Positions 9,681 through 19,138 of a stretch of DNA of 64,000 nt are shown here, piece by piece. Every line of letters begins with the position of its first letter. The first letter of the stretch is position 1. This DNA is from Clostridia bacterium (GTDB lineage Bacteria; Bacillota; Clostridia; TANB77; UBA1234). Location: positions 127,268-191,267 of the forward strand of contig JAFUGE010000008.1 in the NCBI GenBank assembly GCA_017469545.1, written 5' to 3'. The notes under the pieces were generated by a model. That model worked only from the letters and a program-made list of their open reading frames with translations. It was not told where the DNA came from and did not search any database. The position numbers and the translations under genes were made by a program.

Positions 9681-11507
9681 ATGAAAAATATTTTGAAACT
9701 GGTTGAAAAACCAATTCGATACACGGGCGAAGAAATTAATATGTGTAAAAAAGATCCGAGCAAAGTCAAAATTCGTTATGCATTTTGTTTTCCGGACGTT
9801 TATGAGATTGGTATGTCACATTTGGGATTGCGCATTTTGTACGATTTGTATAACAGACGCGAAGATACATATTGCGAGAGAGTTTTTGCGCCTTGGGTTG
9901 ATATGGAAAAGTTGATGCGTGAAAATGATATCAAGCTATTTGCTTTGGAGACGAAAGACGAAATTCGCAATTTTGATTTGATTGGTTTTACGCTTCAATA
10001 TGAAATGAGTTATACCAATGTGTTGAATATGCTTGATTTAGCCGGTATTCCGCTATATGCGAAAGACCGTACAGAGGGGATGCCTTTTGTGATGGGAGGC
10101 GGACCTTGTACGTATAATCCAGAGCCACTTGCGCCGTTTTTTGATTTCTTCATTATGGGCGAGGGCGAAGAAGTGAATATGGAAATCAATGATGTATATA
10201 TAGAGTGGAAAGAAAAGCATGGCACCAGGCAAGAATTTTTAGAGATGGTAGCCCAAATTGAGGGAGTGTATGTGCCTTCGTTTTACGAGCCAGTTTATCG
10301 AGAAGACGGGAAGATAAAGGAATATCAAATTTTAAATCCGAATGCGAAAGAGAAAGTGACGAAGAGGATTATTAAGGACTTAGATACGCTTACCTATCCA
10401 GACAAATGGTTAGTGCCCTACTTAAATGTTGTGCACGACCGCGCAATGCTTGAAATTTTTCGCGGATGCATTCGTGGATGCAGGTTTTGTCAGGCGGGAT
10501 ATATTTATCGTCCTGTGAGAGAAAAGAGCAAAGAACGACTAGAAGAAATTGCGAGTAATTTAATTGACAATACAGGCTATGAAGAGATTTCGCTTACGTC
10601 GCTTAGTACGAGTGATTATACGGAATTTCACGATTTGGCAAATGATTTGATTAGTAAAATGAAGCCGAAGAATGTCAATTTATCGTTGCCATCGCTTCGT
10701 ATTGATTCGGTTAGTTTGAAGTTAATGGACGAAATGAATCAAGTAAGAAAAAGCGGCATTACGTTTGCGCCGGAGGCTGGCACGCAAAGGCTTCGTGATG
10801 TGATTAATAAAGGAATTACAGAAGAGAATATTTTAAAGGGATGCGATTTGGCGTTTAGAAGCGGATGGAATACCATCAAGCTATACTTTATGATTGGGCT
10901 TCCGACAGAGACATACGACGACTTACAGGGCATTGTTGATTTGGCAAATAAGATTGTGGATGTATATTATGCTATTCCAAAGGCAGAAAGAACAAAAGGA
11001 TTATCCGTAACAGTAAGTGCTTCGACATTTGTGCCAAAGCCGTTTACACCGTTCCAATGGTTCGGACAAAACGATATAGAAACCATCAAGGAGAAACAAG
11101 AATTTTTAAGAAAGAATTTAACGAATCGAGCTGTGAAGTTTAATTGGCACGAGCCAGAGATTAGCGTGATTGAGGCCGCACTTGCCAAAGGAGATAGGAG
11201 GCAAAGCGCTGTTCTTCAAAAGGTTTTTGAAAAGGGCTGTAAGTTTGATAGCTGGGGAGAATTCTTTGATTATCAAAAATGGCTTGAGGCTTTTGAAGAA
11301 GCGGGAATCGATATCAAATATTATACGGAGAGAAACATAGATTTAGAAGAAGTTTTGCCTTGGGATTTGATTAACATTATGGTTTCCAAAGAATTTTTTA
11401 AGAGAGAATATCAAAATGCCTTAGACGGAAAAGTTACTCCAAATTGTAGAGCGAATTGTGCAGGCTGTGGAGCAGCGAAATTCAATGTGGGAGTGTGTTT
11501 TGAGTAA
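9681..11507 (+). CDS. radical SAM protein, TIGR03960 family (B12-binding-like N-terminal domain plus radical SAM core)
   Basis: FRGCIRGCRFCQAG is the canonical CxxxCxxC; N-terminal YAFCFPDVYEIGMSHLGLRILY B12-binding-like domain; the ATG at 9681 right after the U32 stop is preferred to the overlapping track start 9639; partner gene TIGR03936 follows. Confidence 0.7.
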   Translation: MKNILKLVEKPIRYTGEEINMCKKDPSKVKIRYAFCFPDVYEIGMSHLGLRILYDLYNRREDTYCERVFAPWVDMEKLMRENDIKLFALETKDEIRNFDLIGFTLQYEMSYTNVLNMLDLAGIPLYAKDRTEGMPFVMGGGPCTYNPEPLAPFFDFFIMGEGEEVNMEINDVYIEWKEKHGTRQEFLEMVAQIEGVYVPSFYEPVYREDGKIKEYQILNPNAKEKVTKRIIKDLDTLTYPDKWLVPYLNVVHDRAMLEIFRGCIRGCRFCQAGYIYRPVREKSKERLEEIASNLIDNTGYEEISLTSLSTSDYTEFHDLANDLISKMKPKNVNLSLPSLRIDSVSLKLMDEMNQVRKSGITFAPEAGTQRLRDVINKGITEENILKGCDLAFRSGWNTIKLYFMIGLPTETYDDLQGIVDLANKIVDVYYAIPKAERTKGLSVTVSASTFVPKPFTPFQWFGQNDIETIKEKQEFLRKNLTNRAVKFNWHEPEISVIEAALAKGDRRQSAVLQKVFEKGCKFDSWGEFFDYQKWLEAFEEAGIDIKYYTERNIDLEEVLPWDLINIMVSKEFFKREYQNALDGKVTPNCRANCAGCGAAKFNVGVCFE

Positions 11508-11513
11508 ACTACT

Positions 11514-11540
11514 GTAGGGGCAGCGTACCACGCTGCCCGC
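11514..11540. repeat. REP-like palindromic element (TGTAGGGGCAGCGTACCACGCTGCCCG)
   Basis: Family member starting 6 nt after the stop of the 9681 gene. Confidence 0.85.
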
Positions 11541-11580
11541 AGAAAGCATAATTGAAATAAATTTAGATGGGAGTTTTATA

Positions 11581-12237
11581 ATGATTTATCGTTTAAAATA
11601 CGAAAAAAGAGACGAAGTAAAATATATTGGACACTTGGATACAATGAGAACTTTTACGAGATGTATCAAAAGGACGAATTTGCCAATCAAATTTTCGGGT
11701 GGATTTAATCCAAGAGTTCAGCTTTCATTTGCTTTGCCACTTGGTGTGGGCGTGACAAGTGAATGTGAGTATGTAGATTTAGAATTGCAAGACGAGATAG
11801 CGCTTGAAGAAAAGGAAATTATCAAGGAATTAAATAGAACTTTGCCAGAGGGATTTAGAGTGACGAATGTGCAAAAAATTGAAAAGAGTAAAAGCTTGAT
11901 GTCACTGGTAAAAGAGGCTGTCTATGAAATCACACTTCTTTTGGGAGATGCTGATACAGAGGAAAGCTGTAAAATACTAGACGATTTATTTGCGAGGGAC
12001 GAGTTGCTGATAGAAAAGCAAACGAAGAATAAAAAGTTAGAGCAAATTAATTTAAAAGAAATGATATTAGATGTGAAAACGGAAGTCATTAGTTATGCGG
12101 CAATTAGGACAACGATTCATTGTTTAGCAGGAAGCGAAAAAAACTTAAACCCTAATCTAGTGGTAGAACTAATGAAGAATGAATTAGGCGAAGCAGTAGA
12201 AGATTTCGAAATTCACAGAAAAGAATTGATTCTGTAA
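11581..12237 (+). CDS. TIGR03936 / DUF2344 family protein
   Basis: 218 aa MIYRLKYEKRDEVKYIGHLDTMRTFTRCIKRTNLPIKFSGGFNPRVQLSFALPLGVG; this family characteristically neighbours the TIGR03960 radical SAM gene. Confidence 0.65.
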   Translation: MIYRLKYEKRDEVKYIGHLDTMRTFTRCIKRTNLPIKFSGGFNPRVQLSFALPLGVGVTSECEYVDLELQDEIALEEKEIIKELNRTLPEGFRVTNVQKIEKSKSLMSLVKEAVYEITLLLGDADTEESCKILDDLFARDELLIEKQTKNKKLEQINLKEMILDVKTEVISYAAIRTTIHCLAGSEKNLNPNLVVELMKNELGEAVEDFEIHRKELIL

Positions 12238-12264
12238 AATGTTGATTGTGGGTGGTGACATAAT

Positions 12265-13647
12265 ATGATTAATACGGTTCCGAAAGAGGAAATCGAGAAG
12301 CAATATGAATATATGAAAAAAATCAAAGACTTAGGGCTTGAGAAAACGTATTTTATTTATACAATGGGCTGTAAATTGAACGAAAATGATTCTGAGAAAA
12401 TAGCAGGAATGCTTACTGAAATGGGATTTACAGAAGCCTCTACAGTAAGTGATGCCGATATTGTAGTGTATAATACTTGTAGCATTCGTGAAAATGCGGA
12501 AGAAAAAGTATTTGGAAAATTGGGCGAGCTAAAAAAACAAAAAGAGGAAAGAGGCACGATTATTTGTTTTGCAGGATGCATGAGTCAAGAGCCACACGTG
12601 ATTGAGAAAATAAAGAAGAGCTATTCGCAAGTGGATATCTTATTTGGTACGCACAATATTTACAAATTCCCTGAAATGTTGTATAAAAAAATCACAGAAG
12701 AGGGAAAGTGGTTTGACGTTTGGAATATTGATGGAGAAATCTGGGAAGGCGTTCCAATTAAGCGTGCAGACAAAAAGAGTGCGTCGGTTACGATTATGAA
12801 TGGCTGTAATAACTTTTGCACGTATTGTATAGTACCTTATACGAGGGGAAGAGAAAGAAGTAGAAAGCCGGAAGACATTATCGAGGAAGTGAAAGGTCTG
12901 GCAGAGGAAGGTTATCGCGAAGTAATGCTACTGGGGCAGAATGTAAATTCTTACAAGGGTAGAGAAGATTACAATTTTGCCAATTTACTAAGTGATATTG
13001 ATCAAATTCCCGGCATAGATATTATTAGGTTTATGTCTCCACATCCAAAAGATTTTAAAGACGATGTGATTGACGTAATTGCTTCTTCGAAACATATTTG
13101 CAAGGTGATTCATTTGCCACTACAATCGGGAAGCAGCAAGGTTTTAAAGAGTATGAATAGAGGATACACGAAAGAGCAGTATTTGGAATTGGTAGATAAA
13201 ATTAGAGCAAAAGTTCCAGATGTGGCTTTTACAACAGATATTATCGTTGGCTTCCCGGGCGAGACAGAAGAGGACTTTGAAGACACGCTAGATGTCGTAA
13301 GAAGAGTTGACTTTGAACAAGTATTTATGTTTATATACTCTGTCAGAAAAGGCACGAGAGCGGAGAAGATGGAGGGCCATATCCCAGAAGAAATCAAATC
13401 GGAAAGATTTAGCAGACTAAAAGAATTGGCCGATGGAATGGTTGACGAGGGAAATAAAAAATACATAGGAACGATTCAGAAAATTTTAGTAGAGGGCGAG
13501 AGCAAGACAAACAGTGAAGTGTTAACAGGCCGCACCACGACGAATAAAATTGTGAATTTCGTGGGAGATAAGAGTTTGATTGGAAAAGAAATTGAAGTTA
13601 GGATTGTGTCACAGCATGTTTGGTATTTAAAAGGTGAAACAATTTAA
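12265..13647 (+). CDS. miaB: tRNA-i6A37 methylthiotransferase MiaB
   Basis: N-terminal MTTase domain (YFIYTMGCKLNENDSE, VVYNTCSIRENAE), radical SAM motif CNNFCTYC, C-terminal TRAM domain. Confidence 0.85.
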   Translation: MINTVPKEEIEKQYEYMKKIKDLGLEKTYFIYTMGCKLNENDSEKIAGMLTEMGFTEASTVSDADIVVYNTCSIRENAEEKVFGKLGELKKQKEERGTIICFAGCMSQEPHVIEKIKKSYSQVDILFGTHNIYKFPEMLYKKITEEGKWFDVWNIDGEIWEGVPIKRADKKSASVTIMNGCNNFCTYCIVPYTRGRERSRKPEDIIEEVKGLAEEGYREVMLLGQNVNSYKGREDYNFANLLSDIDQIPGIDIIRFMSPHPKDFKDDVIDVIASSKHICKVIHLPLQSGSSKVLKSMNRGYTKEQYLELVDKIRAKVPDVAFTTDIIVGFPGETEEDFEDTLDVVRRVDFEQVFMFIYSVRKGTRAEKMEGHIPEEIKSERFSRLKELADGMVDEGNKKYIGTIQKILVEGESKTNSEVLTGRTTTNKIVNFVGDKSLIGKEIEVRIVSQHVWYLKGETI

Positions 13648-13664
13648 AATATCAGCACATGCTC

Positions 13665-13690
13665 TGTAGGGGCAGCGTAGCACGCTGCCC
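13665..13690. repeat. REP-like palindromic element (TGTAGGGGCAGCGTAGCACGCTGCCC)
   Basis: Family member in the miaB-downstream intergenic region. Confidence 0.85.
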
Positions 13691-13715
13691 AGGGATATAA
13701 TAAAGGAGGAAAAAT

Positions 13716-15359
13716 ATGGTTAATGTTACATATAAGGGAAATTCTTATGAGGTTGAAGACCATACAAAAGTAAAAGACTTTTTAGCAAGTCAAAATGTGG
13801 ATTTGAATGGGGTGCTTGCTTGTAAAGTATTTAATGAAGTCAAGTCTTTGGATTTTGAATTATTTAAGGATTGCAATATTGAATTAATTGACTATACTTC
13901 GTCAGATGGCAATCGTATTTATATTCGAGGCATTACGTTTATTTTGTTAATGGCTTTTGAAGAGTTGTATCCGGAAATCAAAATGACGGTTAATTATTCA
14001 TTGGGGCATTCTATCTATTGCGAGCCACATGATCGTGAAAAGTTGACACAGGAAATGATTGATAAGCTTGTTGCTAGAATGAAAGAAATCGTAGAAGCGG
14101 ATATGCCTTTTGAGAAAAAGATTTTTAATATTGAAGAAGCAAAAGCACTTTACAAAGAAAAAAATCGTGAAGACAGAGTAGGACTTCTTGATAGCAGAAT
14201 GAAGTCGTATGTTTCTATGTACTATTGTGGTGATTATTGGAATTACTTTTATGGAGTGATGCCGATTTCTACAAAGTATTTAAAGTATTTTGATGTGAAA
14301 CTTTATGAAAATGGCTTGCTATTAGTATATCCAAGACGTTCGAATCCAACACAAGTAGAAGAGATTATCAATACGAAAAAGTTGTATGCTACTTTTGACG
14401 AATACGATAAGTTACATAGAATTTTAGGCGTGGAAAATGTTGCAGGACTAAATAAATGTATTCAAGAGGGAAAAATAGGGGAATTAATAAGAGTCTCGGA
14501 AGCTTTGCACGAGAAGAAAATTGCGCAGATTGCAGATAACATTGCGGCAGATAGAAGAAAGAAAATTATTTTAATTGCAGGGCCATCTTCTTCGGGAAAG
14601 ACTACGTTTGCGCAAAGACTAGGCGTGCAATTAAAGACGAATGGCATAAAAGGCGTAACGTTATCGATGGATAATTATTTTGTCAATAGAGAAGATAATC
14701 CTAGAGACGAAGATGGTAATTATGATTTTGAATGTTTAGAGGCAATTGATGTAAAATTATTTAACGAACAGCTTACTGCTCTTTTGAATGGAGAAGAAGT
14801 AGAGCTTCCTACATTTGATTTTACGACTGGTACGAGAAAATTCTTGGGAAACAAAGCAAAATTGCATGACGACGAAGTGCTTGTCATTGAAGGAATTCAC
14901 GGACTAAATGAAAAACTAACAGCATCTATTCCAAGACAATTCAAATATAAAATTTATATTAGTGCTTTGACGGCATTAAACATTGACGACTATAACAGAA
15001 TTTCGACGACGGACTCAAGATTGCTTAGAAGAATTCTTAGAGATAGCAAATATCGTTCCCATCCTGCAGACGCCACGATTAGAATGTGGCCATCTGTCAG
15101 AAGAGGCGAAGAAAAATATATTTTCCCATATCAAGAAGAAGCGGATGTTATTTTTAACTCTTCTCTTGTTTATGAAATTTCAGCATTAAAGTCATACGTA
15201 GAACCACTTTTAGTATCGGTGCCACACGATGCGCCAGAGTTTTCAGAGGCAAAGAGACTTTACGAATTTTTGGGATACTTCTTGCCAATTGAAACGGACG
15301 ATATTCCACTTAACTCGCTACTACGTGAGTTTGTGGGTGGTGGATGTTTTTATAGATAA
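13716..15359 (+). CDS. multidomain nucleoside kinase: TGS / ThrRS-like N-terminal domains fused to a uridine kinase (PRK family) P-loop domain
   Basis: 547 aa; the N-terminus resembles the threonyl-tRNA synthetase TGS/second additional domain; C-terminal half carries AGPSSSGKTTFAQRL (Walker A) and a uridine-kinase-like fold. Confidence 0.65.
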   Translation: MVNVTYKGNSYEVEDHTKVKDFLASQNVDLNGVLACKVFNEVKSLDFELFKDCNIELIDYTSSDGNRIYIRGITFILLMAFEELYPEIKMTVNYSLGHSIYCEPHDREKLTQEMIDKLVARMKEIVEADMPFEKKIFNIEEAKALYKEKNREDRVGLLDSRMKSYVSMYYCGDYWNYFYGVMPISTKYLKYFDVKLYENGLLLVYPRRSNPTQVEEIINTKKLYATFDEYDKLHRILGVENVAGLNKCIQEGKIGELIRVSEALHEKKIAQIADNIAADRRKKIILIAGPSSSGKTTFAQRLGVQLKTNGIKGVTLSMDNYFVNREDNPRDEDGNYDFECLEAIDVKLFNEQLTALLNGEEVELPTFDFTTGTRKFLGNKAKLHDDEVLVIEGIHGLNEKLTASIPRQFKYKIYISALTALNIDDYNRISTTDSRLLRRILRDSKYRSHPADATIRMWPSVRRGEEKYIFPYQEEADVIFNSSLVYEISALKSYVEPLLVSVPHDAPEFSEAKRLYEFLGYFLPIETDDIPLNSLLREFVGGGCFYR

Positions 15360-15366
15360 ATGTATG

Positions 15367-15392
15367 GTAGGGGCAGCGTATCACGCTGCCCG
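15367..15392. repeat. REP-like palindromic element (GTAGGGGCAGCGTATCACGCTGCCCG)
   Basis: Family member between the kinase gene and the RNHCP gene. Confidence 0.85.
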
Positions 15393-15408
15393 CACAAAGA
15401 GGGATTAT

Positions 15409-15717
15409 ATGAGAAATTTTACAGAAATAGACGAGGAATTTGTATGTGAAAATTGTGGCAAGAATGTACCCAAATTAATTTACTCTTGTCGAGACCATTG
15501 TCCGTATTGTTTGTATGCAAAGCACGTAGATATTTTTCCTGGAGATAGAATGGAAGAATGCCACGGAATGCTAGAGCCAATTGGGATAGAGAATAATCCT
15601 AAAAAAGGTTATGTGATTGTCTACAAGTGCAAGAAATGTGGAAAGATTAGAAAAAATATTGCGGCGAAAGACGATAATATGGCACTTATCATAAAGTTAA
15701 GTGCAAATCCAATTTAA
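15409..15717 (+). CDS. RNHCP domain zinc-ribbon protein
   Basis: MRNFTEIDEEFVCENCGKNVPKLIYSCRDHCPYCLYAKHVD...CKKCGK: a CxxC...CxxC pair plus the RNHCP signature; ATG at 15409 with AAGAGGG RBS is preferred to the upstream track start inside the REP. Confidence 0.6.
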   Translation: MRNFTEIDEEFVCENCGKNVPKLIYSCRDHCPYCLYAKHVDIFPGDRMEECHGMLEPIGIENNPKKGYVIVYKCKKCGKIRKNIAAKDDNMALIIKLSANPI

Positions 15718-15772
15718 CATGAATAAATTGTTGCTCCTCCTAATACTTATGGTATAAAGGAGGAGTATTGTT

Positions 15773-16609
15773 ATGAATAAAAAGTGGATTTGGATTATTG
15801 TGATTCTTTTAATTGCCGTCATTATTTTTGCAAAGTGTTTTTCGAACAATAAAAATGAGGAGGAATTTAAGCCTATTGATAAAAATATTGGTGACGAATT
15901 TACAGAGCTTTCATATCCTAACAAAATGTTTATTGTGAATTATGAAATAGCGGACGTTACTGGCGATGGAGAGAAAGATATGATACTACTGATTGGCGAA
16001 GCTGAGAGCGGAGAAGGGCTAAGTGATGCTACCATAAGCAATATGGATGTGGTTGTCTATGATACGTCAAATAGTCAGTTTATTAAGGCGGATGCAAGCA
16101 AATTATCTGGCAAGAACAATAGAATGACTGTAGCGGATTTTACTGGTGATCAGATATTGGATATTATGATAACAAGTGATAATGGCAAGAATAGTGCAAG
16201 AATTTATACATATGAAAATGGAAAGTTAAAAGAAATTTGGAAAGAGAGAAATAATAAAGGATTAGTTTTTATCGGTGAATTTAAGGATGGTTTTAAAGTA
16301 GAAATCAATAATAAGAAATTGAATTTGAGTAAGGTATTAGATTTGCCAAGTGAGAATTATGTGGAAGCTTCTTTTTATAATAATTCGGGAAAGTTATTGA
16401 GTGATAAAAAATCAATTAGTACTTCTGGATTTACTTCCATTGAGGTAATAAAACTGAATGATAGAAATGGACTACGAACATTGCAAAGAATTTATGGAAT
16501 GAATGATAATGATATCTTAGACGAAATTGGGACCGTGTGGAAATATAGTGAAGGCAAATGGCAAATGGTTGAAGTAAAAGGACTAAAACTCGGGAATTTG
16601 TTATATTAG
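15773..16609 (+). CDS. membrane-anchored/secreted protein with FG-GAP/VCBS-like repeats
   Basis: N-terminal TM/signal segment WIWIIVILLIAVIIF; repeated DxTGDGxxD(I/M) motifs (VTGDGEKDMILL, FTGDQILDIMI) typical of FG-GAP/VCBS beta-propeller repeats. Confidence 0.5.
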   Translation: MNKKWIWIIVILLIAVIIFAKCFSNNKNEEEFKPIDKNIGDEFTELSYPNKMFIVNYEIADVTGDGEKDMILLIGEAESGEGLSDATISNMDVVVYDTSNSQFIKADASKLSGKNNRMTVADFTGDQILDIMITSDNGKNSARIYTYENGKLKEIWKERNNKGLVFIGEFKDGFKVEINNKKLNLSKVLDLPSENYVEASFYNNSGKLLSDKKSISTSGFTSIEVIKLNDRNGLRTLQRIYGMNDNDILDEIGTVWKYSEGKWQMVEVKGLKLGNLLY

Positions 16610-16673
16610 ATTCACACTTTTTTATCTTCTTGCATAATATAAATTAGAATTCAGAAAGGAAGGAGAAGATAAA

Positions 16674-16799
16674 ATGGGTGACGAATTAAGAAGTTGCAAT
16701 AACAATGATGTAGGAGGAGTTACAGACAATCGTAACTGCTGCTGCAGTAGTAGATTTCTTTTCTTTATACTAATATTTATCTTATTATTTATAGACTAG
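16674..16799 (+). CDS. tiny Cys-rich membrane peptide (41 aa), paralog of the pair at 34316-34597
   Basis: Not in the ORF track (<60 aa). ATG at 16674 with AAGGAGAAG RBS encodes MGDELRSCNNNDVGGVTDNRNCCCSSRFLFFILIFILLFID; a terminator hairpin follows at 16822. Confidence 0.5.
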   Translation: MGDELRSCNNNDVGGVTDNRNCCCSSRFLFFILIFILLFID

Positions 16800-16821
16800 G
16801 AATACTTAATTTGATGAAAAT

Positions 16822-16859
16822 GCCAGAAAATATAACGAAATATTTTCTGGCATTTTTTG
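16822..16859 (+). terminator. rho-independent terminator
   Basis: GCCAGAAAATA...TATTTTCTGGC hairpin followed by ATTTTTTG. Confidence 0.7.
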
Positions 16860-16944
16860 TGCGCGAAAAAATACTTTATGTGCTATGAAAGATAAAATGT
16901 GGAAAAGAAGTTATAAAATTTGCTCATATGAAAGAGGTGAGCAT

Positions 16945-17574
16945 ATGGTAGATAAAGTTTGTGAGACGTTATTGGATAAGATTAGAAAGAGTGATACGAC
17001 GATTGACGACGAGAAGGCAGAGATTATCTACTATGGCTTGCAGAATATGATTGGGGAATTGCCGAAGTTAATTATAGTGTTTGGACTTGCTGCATTACTT
17101 GGGATATTTAAATTAGTGGTGTTGGGTACAATAGTTTTAATGATATATAGAGGCTTTGCTGGTGGAGTACATTTGAAAACCCATATTTCTTGTTTGTTGA
17201 CTAGCACTTTTTTAATGATTGGAAGTACATATTTGGCAAAAGAGGTAATATATGAAAATGTGCTTTTAGTATATACAATCTTGCTAGCATTTAACCTTAT
17301 AATAGCTTTATTATATGCGCCAGCAGATACAGAAAATAAGCCAATTATGAAAGAGTCTCAGAGAAAAAAGCAAAAAATTGAAAGCATTTTAATGGTATTT
17401 TTAATTTATTTTTTATCAATAGTTGTTATAAAAGAGAGAGCAATTACAAATTTGTTTATGTATATGATAACAATAGAATCGCTAATGATTACGCCACTTG
17501 CTTATAAAATTTTTGACAATAAAACGGGAGACGAGAGGAGAAAAGCAATACTAGAAGGAAGAGAGGGTATGTAA
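16945..17574 (+). CDS. agrB: accessory gene regulator B (AgrD-processing membrane peptidase)
   Basis: Polytopic membrane protein with the AgrB signature RGFAGGVHLKTHISC (compare consensus R.FAGG.HA.T...C); ATG at 16945 preceded by AGAGGTGA. Confidence 0.75.
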   Translation: MVDKVCETLLDKIRKSDTTIDDEKAEIIYYGLQNMIGELPKLIIVFGLAALLGIFKLVVLGTIVLMIYRGFAGGVHLKTHISCLLTSTFLMIGSTYLAKEVIYENVLLVYTILLAFNLIIALLYAPADTENKPIMKESQRKKQKIESILMVFLIYFLSIVVIKERAITNLFMYMITIESLMITPLAYKIFDNKTGDERRKAILEGREGM

Positions 17575-17623
17575 AAAGGGCCGGCCTTTTCACATAGATA
17601 AAAAATACGAAGGAGGAATTAAA

Positions 17624-17734
17624 ATGTTAAAATTATTAGCTAAACTAGCTGAGAAATATGCTAAGGCAAGCACAAGCACTTGCCCAGGTTGGTATTGGCA
17701 TGAAGCTAAAATGCCTACTTCTTTATTAAAATAA
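17624..17734 (+). CDS. agrD: candidate AgrD autoinducing-peptide precursor (36 aa)
   Basis: Not in the ORF track. ATG 8 nt after GAAGGAGGAA, immediately downstream of agrB, encodes MLKLLAKLAEKYAKASTSTCPGWYWHEAKMPTSLLK: an amphipathic leader, a Ser/Thr-Cys core (STCPGWY; the Cys could form a thiolactone) and a charged tail; a bidirectional terminator follows. Confidence 0.55.
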   Translation: MLKLLAKLAEKYAKASTSTCPGWYWHEAKMPTSLLK

Positions 17735-17742
17735 TGATTTAA

Positions 17743-17779
17743 TAAAAGGCATGCACTTAGGCACGCCTTTTATTTTTTT
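17743..17779. terminator. bidirectional terminator between agrD and the convergent kinase gene
   Basis: AAAAGGCATGC...GCACGCCTTTT hairpin flanked by an A tract and a T tract. Confidence 0.65.
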
Positions 17780-17782
17780 GTT

Positions 17783-19138
17783 TTAAGATGTTGTGAGAGT
17801 TTCCCTTTGCTTTTTATCTTTCTCTGGCTTTTCTCTAATTTGAATGTATAATTCTTGTCTAAAGTATTTATCGTCTTTGTCAGTGTTAAGAATGACGTTG
17901 TCATTTCTTTCTACGATTTTTCTTACTTCCCATAATCCAATTCCAGAATTTCTATTTTTCGTAGAATAATCTTTTTCATATATTTTCTCGGTATCAATAT
18001 CTTTTAGCAAGTAGGTATTTTCAATCGAAAATAATTGTATTTTTGTCTTGTTACTTTGACGTACCACAATATTAATTTCTTTTTCTTCCGTTTCTTCGGC
18101 AGCTTCAATTGCATTATCTAACAACACTCCAAGGATTTTACAAAAGTCATAGATTGGCATATCTAAGTTTTGATAATTAAATATGGACTCGATGTTAAAG
18201 CTAATATTTTTCTCGTATGCTTCTTGGCATTTGGTAGAAATTAGTGCAAGTACAGATGGTTCATTAATCTTTTCGGCAGTGATGTTTTCTAACGTATTGA
18301 CTTTATCTACATCTTTCTTCAAGCCTAAATAATATTTTTCTAATCCGCCAATATCATTCATTCTAATATATCCACCGATGGCATGAACAACATTGTTATA
18401 ATCATGCTTGAATGTTCTAATGTTATCATTTAAGTTTTGTAATTTTGCATTTTCTGCATTTGAATTTTTCAAATCTATTTCTGTTTTCTCTAATTTTATT
18501 TGCTTATGAGTATTGTAAATAGCTAAAATAACTAAAACGATATTCGATATCACATTGTAGATTAACAGCCACATTGGATAGTTATATTTGTTTAGCGTAT
18601 AAAAGATAATGTTTGGTCCAACCATAAGAAAAACTAGAGCGATATTGATTCCTATGAAACGATTGTTGAATTGCAAATTGATATTTCTCTTCTTTTTGAA
18701 TACGTAAAGTAGAGATGCAATAATCATGTAACAAATAATTATCATAATAAGCACAGGTATTGAAGCTATAACATTTTCATTGCTATTTGATAATTTTAAT
18801 ATTTGAAAAGCTACAGTTCCACTGATCATTTCGACAGGTACAGCTACTATCATTAAAAATATGCTGTAAAGTATATCTTTTATAAAGGAATTCTTCTTGA
18901 AGGAAAATAGAATCAAGGCACCTAACAAAACAAAAATTATTGGATTAATAGCATATAAAGAATCTGGTGCTAGAAATCTAAATAGTGTTGTGTATATTCC
19001 TAATATTATTGAATAAATTAGTTTGGATTTTAAATTGAGTTCTAAATTAAATGCTATATTTAAAATTATGGACTGAACAAATATTTGTAAAACTGCGAAG
19101 ATAAATGTTATTCCTCCATTAATAAGTAATTCCTTCAT
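17783..19138 (-). CDS. AgrC/HPK10-family sensor histidine kinase (GHKL ATPase, polytopic N-terminal sensor)
   Basis: 451 aa; six or more N-terminal TM helices; C-terminal half has HDYNNVVHAIGGY (H-box of LytTR-associated kinases) and GIGLWEVRKIVE (G-box). Confidence 0.75.
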   Translation of the reverse strand: MKELLINGGITFIFAVLQIFVQSIILNIAFNLELNLKSKLIYSIILGIYTTLFRFLAPDSLYAINPIIFVLLGALILFSFKKNSFIKDILYSIFLMIVAVPVEMISGTVAFQILKLSNSNENVIASIPVLIMIIICYMIIASLLYVFKKKRNINLQFNNRFIGINIALVFLMVGPNIIFYTLNKYNYPMWLLIYNVISNIVLVILAIYNTHKQIKLEKTEIDLKNSNAENAKLQNLNDNIRTFKHDYNNVVHAIGGYIRMNDIGGLEKYYLGLKKDVDKVNTLENITAEKINEPSVLALISTKCQEAYEKNISFNIESIFNYQNLDMPIYDFCKILGVLLDNAIEAAEETEEKEINIVVRQSNKTKIQLFSIENTYLLKDIDTEKIYEKDYSTKNRNSGIGLWEVRKIVERNDNVILNTDKDDKYFRQELYIQIREKPEKDKKQRETLTTS

